Assembly (NCBI GenBank): GCA_964304625.1
Contig: OZ199840.1
Location: 273,509 to 321,711 of the forward strand
Source: Kudoa neothunni
Lineage: Eukaryota; Animalia; Cnidaria
Direction: 5' to 3'
DNA length: 48,203 nucleotides
The notes under the pieces are model-generated. The model did no database searches. It saw only the letters and a list, made by a program, of their open reading frames with translations, and was not told where the DNA came from. The position numbers were made by a program, and so were the translations under genes. Within the stretch, counting starts at the first letter, position 1; each line of letters starts with the position of its first letter. Below, piece by piece: positions 11,897-22,882 of this stretch.

Positions 11897-14068
11897 GACC
11901 CCCTTCGAACGATAACTATAAGACTGAAAAAACAGTTTTACTCATTTGATAAAAATTTATTTTATTAGTATAATAAAATATTTTCAAAAACATAGATTAA
12001 AATTGAGGAAAGTTTTAACATTAAGGCTCAAAACGAAAAAATGAACAATGATGCCATATGGCATCACTCGGCGGAGATCGATTAACTGTGGGAGAATGGT
12101 GACGGATGCTGATTTTATTATTAAAAAGAACAAATTCGGGAGGATGGTGAAACAGCCTATACTGCTTCCAGATCCTGACAAATCCGATGTCGAGAACGCG
12201 TCGGATGATGAAACTTTTCATAATTCTGTCAGTGATAACGACCTCTCTGAAAGCGAAAACGATACGGTAACTCCTGACGTTGATCCTAAGTGGATTCCAA
12301 ATGAATCTTTTGATGGTGAAAACTCGACTGCATCAAAATCTATTTTTACGGAAGTTGATGGTGATATTTTTGAATCGTTTTATTATTTCAATCAGTTTTT
12401 TACCGACGCCCTTTTTGAACTAATTTTGAATGAAACAAATAAATACGCATCAACATTAAATTCGTCGTTTAAAACTACAATTGAGGAAATCCGGTTATTA
12501 ATTGGTATTCTTATTCGAATGTCTGTCGTAAAACTGCCGCGATATAGGAATTATTGGTCAACAAAAATTAATTACAACACCATATCTGAAAGAATGACGA
12601 GAGATAGATTCGAGTCGTTATTAAGATATTTACATTTCTGCGACAATAACAATATTGTTTTGAATCCTAATAACGATGGTTACGACAGGTTTTTTAAGAT
12701 GAGACCTGTCCTTGACATAATACGGCAGGCTTGTTTAGTTATCGAGCCTGAATACCATCAATCCGTTGATGAGCAAATTATTCCCTTTAAGGGGAAATCG
12801 GCCTTAAAACGTTATTTACCGTTGAAACCTACTAAATGGGGTTTTAAAGTTTTTACGAGGAATGGGGCCGGTGGAATTATCCACGATTTTTACTTTGAAT
12901 CTGGAACTACTTTAAATGTTACAACATCTACGGGGAATAAGTCATCGGACATAGTGTTGAAACTGTGTGAAACTTTGAATAGTTCTAAATATCATATATA
13001 CTATGATAATTACTTTTCAAGTTTTAACTTGCACGCCAAACTTTTGGAGTTTGGTTACTTTTCTACCAGCACCATAAGAAAAACTCGCATGACAAAATGT
13101 CCTTTTAAAGCAGAAAAAGAATTTAAAAATCAACCTAGAGGAAGTTTTGAATATGGAATCTATTGTCTAAATAATTCAAAAATAAATATTGCACGATGGC
13201 TAGATGGATCTATTGTTAATGTATCATCCACTTTTTATTCTGGCTTTCCGATGTCTTCTGTACAAAGGTATGACAAAAAACATAAAAAATTTCTCAGTAT
13301 CAGCTATCCTCTAATCGTAAAAATGTATAACAAGTACATGGGTGGAGTCGATTTGTTCGATATGTTGATGGCATTGTATCGATTAGATCGCAAGTCAAAA
13401 GAGTGGTACACCAGAATATTTTGTTGGTGCTTAAATCTCTGCTTACTAAATGGATGGCTCATTTATCGCAGACAATGTAAACTAATGGATATAGACAGTA
13501 AAAATATTATGGATCTTCAAAACTGCATATTGGAGGTAAGTGAGCACCTAATGTTTTACTGCCAAAACATAGAACGTGTGCCAAAAAGGGGTAGACCATC
13601 ATCCACCGAAGTAACCGTCAACCAAAGTATTCCTAATCGCAAGCGAACGTCCGATGGAATGTTTCATTATCCAGAATCTAGAAATGAAAAAAGAGATGCA
13701 AATACTGTTCAATGTATTCTAGGATTTACTGCATAAAATGCAACGTCGCTCTGTGTCTTAACATCAGCAGAAATTGTTTTAAAGAATACCATACAATATA
13801 AAACTATATAAAAACACCATTTTTCGTTCTTATTTTCTTTATAAACAGCAATATTGTGTTTGGTTTTTAGAACCGCGCTTGCGCGTTAGTGGGTTTGAAA
13901 ATTTGGGGCGGCCGAGTGATGCCATATGGCATCATGCATGTAACTTTTTTATTTTAGAACAATCAAATCCAAAAATGTTACAAATGATTTATCTTATTTT
14001 AAAAATGTCATATATGTTATCAAATATTTTTTTTCACCCGTCAAAAAATTTCGGCGTCAAAGGGTTAA
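11897..14068 (+). mobile_element. piggyBac transposon (PGBD3-like), nearly intact
   Basis: Right end ...GGCGTCAAAGGG-TTAA at 14053-14068. Degenerate left end TGAC-CCCCTTCGAACG at ~11897 (uncertain). Perfect 25-bp subterminal inverted repeat at 12048-12072 and 13911-13935. Confidence 0.85.
12048..13801 (+). CDS. piggyBac transposase (DDE_Tnp_1_7); C-terminal Cys-rich domain out of frame by 1 nt
   Basis: SVDEQIIPFKG, KPTKWGFK, YYDNYFSS and YNKYMGGVDLFD give the DDD triad. RCKYC...CIKCNVALC...NCFKEYH continues in another frame to TAA 13799-13801 after the A6 run at 13687-13692. The true start is probably downstream of 12048. Confidence 0.9.
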
Positions 14069-14411
14069 ATTAAGTCAAATCGCGCATTAAGTTATTACAA
14101 TCTCGTCTCGAATATTCACATGATTTCCGCTCACTCTCAGTAATATTTGGAATTTTTAAATTAGACCTTCATCAGATAGTTACGATAATACATTGAAATG
14201 AACAAAATTTATGTATAAGGATAGAAAAAAACCAAGAATATAAATGAAGAAATTAATATATGCGTGCGCACAAAATACGTAAAATCCGTCAATCACTGTA
14301 TTGTTCGATAATATCCAATTAATTGTCTCTAAAAACCAACATGTACTTAAACGGCCGATATATTTAGATTCCTTCAGATCGAAGATCAGTTCGGCCAAAA
14401 AATTTAAAATT

Positions 14412-14502
14412 GTGATTTCGTTCGTGTTCGTTCGTTTTTACTTGTAACAATTTTTGTTCGTGTGAGCGAACACGAACGAAACTCACGAATTTGCCATCCC
14501 TG
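14412..14502 (-). mobile_element. hAT-like terminus with subterminal inverted repeats
   Basis: Ends AATTTGCCATCCCTG (CAGGGATGGCAAATT on minus). TTTCGTTCGTGTTCG pairs with CGAACACGAACGAAA. Confidence 0.45.
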
Positions 14503-14540
14503 ATTGACTTACTTGTAAATTATTAATACATTATTTTTTG

Positions 14541-16022
14541 CAGTGTTTTCGTACAAATTTTACAACTGTATCCCATCCTAATTTCTGCGTTCATTTCGCA
14601 TCCCCTCCTCCTTGTGAACGTCAAGACTCGATTATACTTTTTCTTTAAGTGCAAAAATAATAATACCTATGAAGAATGCCTTAAATCATATTTATATTAT
14701 TTTAGTTTATATTTTTATTTCAAATTTTCCCCAATTCTAAAATAAATTAAAACTAAAATGTTTTGGTTAACTCAATTTGCTATGTATAATTGAAGAAGGG
14801 TGAACATTGTCTTTTCACTCCTCATGACTCAACACCCAATGATTGGAGTCTTTATTCATTCCTGCTTATATACACCATTTTTATGTAAAGCAATAAATAA
14901 TTCTAATAAATTATGTTATTATAATTGTTCCAAAATATTAGACTAAAAAAATAAATAAAAGAGTAATACTAAACTATAAAAAATGTGGTCGCTTAATAAG
15001 TTTTGTACTTAAAGGTGAAAATTAAATAAACTAATAAAGATAACCAATCCGTATAGTTCACAAGAAACATTATTTCGAAATCAATTGTCATTTAGTATTT
15101 ATTTGATCTGGAGGCTCTCTTGTTCTCGCCGGGCTTTCATAAGTAATTCAATGCAGGACATTTTGTTGGATTATGAAACATGAAAATCGTTTCCGGGGCT
15201 TAATGAATTCCAATACTTATTATTTGTATATAACGAAGTCGATAAGCTTGTTTTATATGCTATCTAGTGCTGAATATATCTAGCGACTTCCATATTCTAT
15301 ATTGAGTCATATGTTAACTTAAATTTTGAAACAATGGGTTAATAAAAATTTAATATATTCAAAAAATATGTCTTCTAAATATAATTGAATAAAAATAACT
15401 AATATACATTGTTAAAACTGTCATTCATTTATTTATGTGTATAAATGAATACTTGTCCCTTGATTAACCTATATTCTAAAGAACAATTTCACTTAGATTT
15501 ATATCAGAGTAAAGATACAAATTCTAAAGTAAAACTTGAAACGTAACAATGAAAACTACACAATTAAATGATGGATCTCAAATTTAAACAGAAGACCAAG
15601 TTAAAATTACATCGTGATTTTATTTTCATGGATATAGATTATTTCTAAATAGATAAAAATGCTGAAAATCTAGTTATAGCTTAATCATATAAATATGTTA
15701 TTCTGAAAGATAACAAAGTTACGATTTTACATGAAAATAGCGATAGTTAGATTTTGTAAGCTGAACAGGCTTAATATAAACTAGTACCTTATTGTGCTAT
15801 TTCGTAAAATCAAACAGAATACGTTATACATTAAATAAATTATCATATCCCATTTTTTGAATCGAAACTAATTGATATCAAAACAACTAGAAATATTATT
15901 GTACGCATTACGTCCTTACATGATTTAAACGAGGACTAGCTAAAATTACGAAGTGAATAAATTAAGGTTAATTTTTAAATTTATTCCAAAATGACTCCCG
16001 CACCCCTTGTAGGGAAAACCTG
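14541..16022 (+). mobile_element. Non-autonomous hAT-like element, copy 1 (~1.48 kb, diverged)
   Basis: Starts CAGTGTTTTC and ends GGGAAAACCTG. Colinear with 22883-24323 (inverted) and 34423-35866, with many substitutions. No coding signal. Confidence 0.8.
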
Positions 16023-16806
16023 CTTTAATGGATGAGTAATATTTAAAAATACTTATTTAATGCCTTTAACGTTTTTATTTTATTTTAATTGAAACAAAAA
16101 AGAAAATCGACGCACTAATTTAGCAATATTGTGAATGTAAAACGTACGAATCGATAAAATTAATGTTTCAAAGTTTACTTGATTACTATGCTTCTAATAT
16201 TTTTGAATTCTTAATTATTTAAATCTATAAATTAAGTTTATTAGCTCTAATTTTTAATCTAGTTGGTTTAATTGATTTGATACTAGAGATTTAAAATATT
16301 GCGACAATAATTACCATTCGTTAGACATTTTCCAGCATCTAATACAGTATTTTAACCGGATATGTATTTATCTCCAATTGTAGTTAATAAAGAATCAATA
16401 AAAAAATTTAAAACTCGACCAATGAACACCTTAATAGCATCTACACAATTAGACTATGATTAAATAAATAAACTATGAATTTTATACTTGATAAAATTGT
16501 AATTCTTAATTATATTCATAAATGTAGTCAACATTGCGATTTTTGTGAATTATACAATAGAAAACGAATGGTTCGTAATCCCATTGTCGGCCCCAAAACT
16601 GATATATACTAAATCCTGCCATGGAAATCAGTTTCCTGTTTCACATTCACATTCGAATACAGATTCATTATTTGCTTATGCTCATATTATTTTCGTTTGA
16701 TCTTTTTACCCGGTTTTCGAAAAAAATTGTTTAATAACTTGAGTAATTAGTACCTAGTCTAAGTTTTGCTATCTGACAATGAATGAATCACTATTTCAAT
16801 AAATGG

Positions 16807-16837
16807 GTGAAATTCGGATCAATTGTATTCCGAACCA
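16807..16837 (+). promoter_or_regulatory. Conserved upstream motif of paralogue B
   Basis: GTGAAATTCGGATCAATTGTATTCCGAACCA, an imperfect dyad TTCGGA...CAATTG...TCCGAA, shared with A and C. Confidence 0.5.
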
Positions 16838-16866
16838 ACAATTGGTTGGCCATTTAATTGTCAACT

Positions 16867-19851
16867 ATGAAAATATCTGGATTTCTCTACCTTGTTCTAG
16901 GTATTTTCTGGGTTAATATAATATCAATGTAAGTTTAGGTGTTATAATATCAAGCATAACCAATGCTAATTCAAGTCCTCAAGCTACACCTGCAGCTCCA
17001 AGGAAGACGCTAAAATACCAGATTGTGAAAACTTCAGATGGTAACACAAACGTAATTAAACTCAATCTTGGAGGCTCTGATTACGGTGCCACCCAAAAGT
17101 GTCGTATAATGCGATCCAACGAGGCGGAAATTGCAGATGCTACTGGTGCTACACCAACAGCTGACTTTAAAGACATCAACAGCTGCACTGCTAATGACCC
17201 AAATACAGCTGCTAGTACTAAATGCGTGGTCGGTTGTAATACCGATGTTAACACTATTGAATACGATAAGCTGTCACCAAGAACCAAATACATTTACGTC
17301 TACGTAGGTGCTACCGTACAGGCTGTTACAGGGGAAGATAAAAAAATTGGGGGGAAAGTATTCGGATATTCAATACGTAATTTTATTTAATTTGATATCA
17401 AAATAAACCAAATTTAGCATTGTTGGCTAATCCACAAATTACCGTGTCTACAGACACTGAACAGCTGAAATTTGAAACAAAAACTTGCATATCCGTAGAT
17501 TGCCCTATTTATTATAAAGATACTAAATATGCAGATGGTTCCAAGGGAGAGAATTGTAATACTGCGAGTTCAGAAAACAAAGTTGATTTCGATTTATTGT
17601 TACCTCATTACGAAGTAAGATGCGGAAAATATCCCAGTTTCTTTTATAATATGCCCAATCAATATATGAAAAAAAGCATAGAAATTTATGAGCCTCAGTT
17701 TTATGTTGTTAAAAAAACTGAAAACAAAATGGGAATTAAGTTTACCAATTCCCCATCGTCTGAAATATGCCTATTCAGTATTAAAGATGGACAGGATTCA
17801 GCAAGTGGCGAATCATATACGTCTGCTTGTGGTGGTACTAATAAAATGTGTTATGCTCCTTGTAAGTATGTCGAAATCAATGGAAATGCGGAGAAAAAGT
17901 TTTTTAAAATTTTAATCCAAACAAGGCATCACGACATAAAAACTACTGGTAGTAATTTGGATGGTTACAAACAAACCAAATTTGGTAATCCTTTTAGTAA
18001 CACACATTTGTATTATTTTCTTCAGCATTTACTGAATCGGATGATGGATTGCTTTCTTTTTATACCAGTACCGGTGTTAAGTTTGATGGAAGCTCATTAA
18101 AAACAACAAGTTCGCCAATAATGACTACGTGCACTCTTCAGCGTTATTTTGCTGATAAACCGAAGCCAACCACATTAAACGATGCAAAATGTGACGCTAC
18201 TAGTACAGAGAATGACAAATGCAAAAATGATTGCACAAAATTGACAATTCAAGAACTTACAGAGGGGAAAGCGCATTTGTTTGTAATCACATTTACAACC
18301 TCCAATACTATCCCAACAGGTTTCAAGGAAAAGATATTCCTAAGAACAAGTAAATCATTATATTTATTTTAAAAAATAATTAATTATAAAGAAATCGGAA
18401 GTAGCAAAGCCTATGGGACTACTGATCCTACAAAGACAGATACAACACTCTCTCTTACAGCTATAGCTGCCATCACAACTGACCCTGAACAAAAGAAACA
18501 AGAACCTACCTGTGAGTATTTAATAAGTCCGACTGGATTAGATAGCTTTTTCCACGCGAAATGCAATGGCAACACCCCATGTAGAGGAATTTGCAGTGAA
18601 CAAGTTACGATAGAAGACCTCGAGCCAAACACTCCTTACGACATCAGAGTGATCGCACATAAGGATTACGGCATAAAAGATTACACAGATATACGAACGG
18701 GTTATTGTAGTTTTAATTTACTCTTTAAATTTTTAATAGCGTTAACAACGTTAACCATAACACACAAGATCACATTGGATGGTTTGTCATTGAGGGCACG
18801 ATTAAATTCCGTGGATCCAACTGCAACATGCAGTTATGTCGTACAAAAGAAGACTGGTGACGATTACACAGACTATTACACATGTCCTGTGGTATCGAAA
18901 GTAACGACACCTGTTACCGCCCCAGTGGTACCACCACCCGCTTCAGCTCCTACTTCCAGTTTAAGTTCCGCAGATCTCAACATAGCTAGAATTGCTGTGC
19001 CAATTGTAGCAGATGGTGGTCCAATGCCTGCAGCGAAATCTTCTGTTCCGGACACTTCAGATACACAGCTTTCTGAGGCCGCTAACAGCGCAAACACATG
19101 TTCTTCAAATCCCCTTTGCAGTTCCATAACATTTCCCGAGTATGAAGCAGCAAATACATACAAAATTTTAGTCACAGCTATTGGAAAATCTTCACAAAAA
19201 GAGCATATTATAGAATCAAGTACTACAATTAATTCTTCAATTAATGTCTCTATTAAGAATTGTTTAAACGAAACTTATATTAGGTGCACCACAATTAAAC
19301 CCAACTGACTCCTCAAAATTGATATCAGTCGTCATTACACGTGATGGGAACAGTTTCATTGTAACCACCACAGTTCCATCCAGTATGAACGATAAATCAA
19401 AATGCAAATGGGAGTTACGTAACAGCAGTGTCAAGTCAAATGCGGTAGTAAAATCTTGCATGGGAAGAAGCGTAGACAGATGTGCTGCCTTTGTGACCTG
19501 TAAAGAATTCAAAATAAATAATTTACCTGATGGAAATAATTATTATTTGACTGTTTACAGTGTTGAAGATGCTACAATTTTTGGCGGTGCTGACATACAA
19601 CAAGGTATATCATTTGTTCACAATGCGATTTAATGTTATATATATTATAGGAGCAAAGAGTAGTTCAGGGTGAGCTTAGTAAAATGATTTTTTTAATTTA
19701 ACACTTTTTAGGGATAAAACCAAACTTATGTAAACATTTTTAAATGTTAACATTTGAATTAACTGATTTTAGAATCATTATTGCATGCGTTGCTGTGGTT
19801 GTGGTTATTGCAATAGTTGGCATCGTGGTATTGAAGAAGAAAAGGGATTAA
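16867..19851 (+). CDS. Paralogue B: ~862-aa type I membrane protein with tandem 4-Cys FN3-like modules (10 exons)
   Basis: Exons 16867-16900, 16939-17376, 17418-17984, 18026-18349, 18392-18700, 18740-19219, 19284-19604, 19651-19669, 19712-19729, 19773-19851. Introns are GT-AG of 38, 41, 41, 42, 39, 64, 46, 42 and 43 nt. 2589 nt with an open frame. Signal peptide MKISGFLYLVLGVIISSITNA; TM helix plus KKKRD*. Confidence 0.9.
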
Positions 19852-20927
19852 ATTAATTTTTGTTAACTATAGTTTATAGATAATATTTATGATAGAAATT
19901 TTTCGATCACGTAACATTATTTTATATTTTGAATCATTATTTGAATTTATTTTTTTTTGAAATTTGCATGAGGCTTTTGAGAGAAAATAGGATATCCAAT
20001 GTTTATTTTTATATAATTATGTGAGTTCAATAGATTTTTCTCCATTATATATTAAATTTGAATTTGTTTTTTGTGACTTTAACTGTAGTTATAGTTTTTA
20101 TTAATTTGAAATCTGATCAAATTATGTTAATTGATTTCCAGGTTAAAATATTAATCTCTTGAGCTTGATTTTATTGGATAAAAATTATTAGAAAAAAATA
20201 AAATAATACAATCATGTAATCAAAATAAAATGGGTCTTTTTACGTAAAATTGCCTACGTTAATAAAATTAATGAATCTTCAAATAATCGCGATGAATTAA
20301 TTTACTAGCTTTTATGTTTTTAGCGATATTTTTACAATATTAAATGAAATTTTATAGAATTCTATAGTGAAAAATTTTGTTTTTATCTAGAAATTATGAA
20401 TCTTTAAACATTTATTTATATTCAAAAAAGATAATTGAGTGTTCACATTTTCAAACTTGTAACTGGTAATTGACTAATTAAAAATTTTCAATTTTTTATA
20501 TAATAATATATTTTATTTAAAATGTTCAAAATATATTTTGGTGTAATTTTACACACAATATGAAAATATTTATTGTTTATATAATGATAAGCTGGATATT
20601 ATTTCGTTAAATGTACGAATGAAATTAATATTATGTACGTTGTACCGAAACAAAAAAAACCACGAAAATTAAATATAAACTTTGTTAATTATATTTTTAT
20701 TAGATCGTACCCTCTTAATAAATGATTAAAAATTATATTCTACTAGCCGTAATACCTGGCTGAGCTCGGGGTGTTGAGAATATCTAATGTAGGAAAAAAA
20801 TTTTCATAAAAAAGTTTTAAATTATTTTTTAATATACTAAACATTTCAATATGTTAGTTGCATAACATCTGCCGAAAATTTATTTCGCAAAATAAACAGT
20901 CATAATCGAAACATAACAAAATTTTAC

Positions 20928-20968
20928 TTAACCCTCCCGGTTAGAACTGGGGTCATTTGTGACCCCAG
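20928..20968 (+). mobile_element. Orphan piggyBac-type terminus
   Basis: TTAA-CCCTCCCGG followed by the palindrome CTGGGGTCA-tttg-TGACCCCAG. No partner end found. Confidence 0.5.
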
Positions 20969-22882
20969 AGAGCTACTTTTCGTTTAACTCCAAAAGCTTT
21001 GATACCACAAATTAATACAATCAGGAATACCTAGAAAAAAATTAAGAATGTCGAATTGGAAATTATTTTCTCCATTTTACGTCTTTAAAAAATATCTATA
21101 CCACATTTTCTAGCGAGCAAAATTATTTTTTTTATCATGTTAAAACACAAAATCATTATTCTATCGATCAATACTTATTTAGAAAAACTATGAATTAAAT
21201 TTAAAATATATTATCTACTAGCGTAAAAGTCCCGCTTCGCGAAGGTTTCCTTTCCCAGCGAAGTAGGCTAAATCCTGTCGCAGACTAAAGCCTTGTTGAT
21301 TTTTAAGTAAACAGCGCCAATGCTCAGCTTTGCCTGGTACCGTGTGATGGAAAATTTTAACTTTTAGTTTTATGTCTGAATGGAGAAATTCTATGATTTA
21401 GTTAATTTAATTAGCACGTTGTACGCTGTAAATTTTATTTTTCTATTTTAGTGGTTATAATTTAAAGCTTGTCATTATTTTTATAATGCGACGATTTAGA
21501 AAAACAAAATTATGCGCACATTTTTCATTCAAATATAAATAGAGGTATTGAGCGAAATTAATGAATATTTTAAAGTTTATTTTAAAAATTATTGACCAAA
21601 AATATAATGACCTTAATTTTATGAGCAATTTAATTAACGACTAAAGTTCATTTATTTACTAAACAAAATCATTAAGCAATTTAAATAGGACTTTCAGTTG
21701 TATTCACAATCTTACGATAATAATTTATCCTTCTAGTTATAAAATGTATTATCAGTCTATAAACGATAAAAAAATAAAGTCAACCTAAGATGCATCAGAA
21801 TTAAAAATATTAATTGTTACTCCTTTTTTTTGCAATTTAATAAAGGATGTTACTGAGCGTTTAGAAAGGTGTGAGAGTTAGCGTGCGTATTCATTATTTT
21901 GGTGTAATTTCCCCCATTTTTTAATAAATGCAACCTTTCTCTTGTAACATTAATACTTATTGGTTCAAAAATATATAAATTTAATTATCAAAATATGATT
22001 AAATCAAAAATGTAAAGGTGTTTTGATTTGAAAAATTTCAGTAATGCTTTAACATCAACTGGTTTTCTTGAAGGAATGCCCCTTTTAAAAATAAACTTAC
22101 TGTTTGATTTCCCCCCAAAGATTTATTTGTATTGAACTATTCTATGATTAACGAAAACTTTGCGAATACATCGGTTGGATCGAATCGACCAATAATTTCT
22201 TATTAACTTACATGACACGTATTGAGAGTGGACTGTATTTTGTACAAAAGTAATTGTGAATAAAATTCTTATGCTAAGTATAGAATGCGACGTCGCATAT
22301 TTTCTTGCAGTGTTTATATCATAATGAATTATTATTATTTGCGAATAAAAATTATATATTGATTTCAATATTAACCTTAAGCAATGGGGGTATGGAATAA
22401 TTAGGTCACTAAGAACAAAAACATTATTTAAAAAATTGTCTTATCAAATTTAGAAACTTATCGAATTAGTTATTCCGACTGTTTTGTAAGAAAGTTTAGA
22501 AAAACCAACAAATGAGTAAAAACTTATCGAAACGACGAATATAGTTTCAATCTCAATCGATATATTTGATAAAAAGAAATTTTCACGTCTCAGGAATTCC
22601 AATGGAGCATAATTTTTTATTTAAGAAGTTATCACAAAAGTTTAATTATTTGAAAACTCTAAACACATCTTACATCGTTTTTAGAATGTGTATAGAGACC
22701 AAAATTATCCCAACATGTCAAAAACTTTAACCTCGTATTACGTGTTTTATTTAAGGTTGTCATAATCACTTTCGCTCAACTATACCCATAACGCTTGAAA
22801 ATTAAAAATACCTCCTAAATAATTTGGTTACGATTTAAATTTTAGGGGAAATGCTACATCTTTAGTAAATATGGCTTTAATG

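Noticed and set aside
13684-13696. Programmed -1 frameshift at AAAAAAG in the piggyBac transposase
   Set aside because: The zero-frame codons are GAA AAA AGA, so the heptamer is not in the X_XXY_YYZ phase. A 1-nt deletion or read error is more likely.
18990-19010. AVPI, the Smac-type IAP-binding motif, in B and C
   Set aside because: It is internal, extracellular and only four residues long, and A has AVPM. Probably chance.
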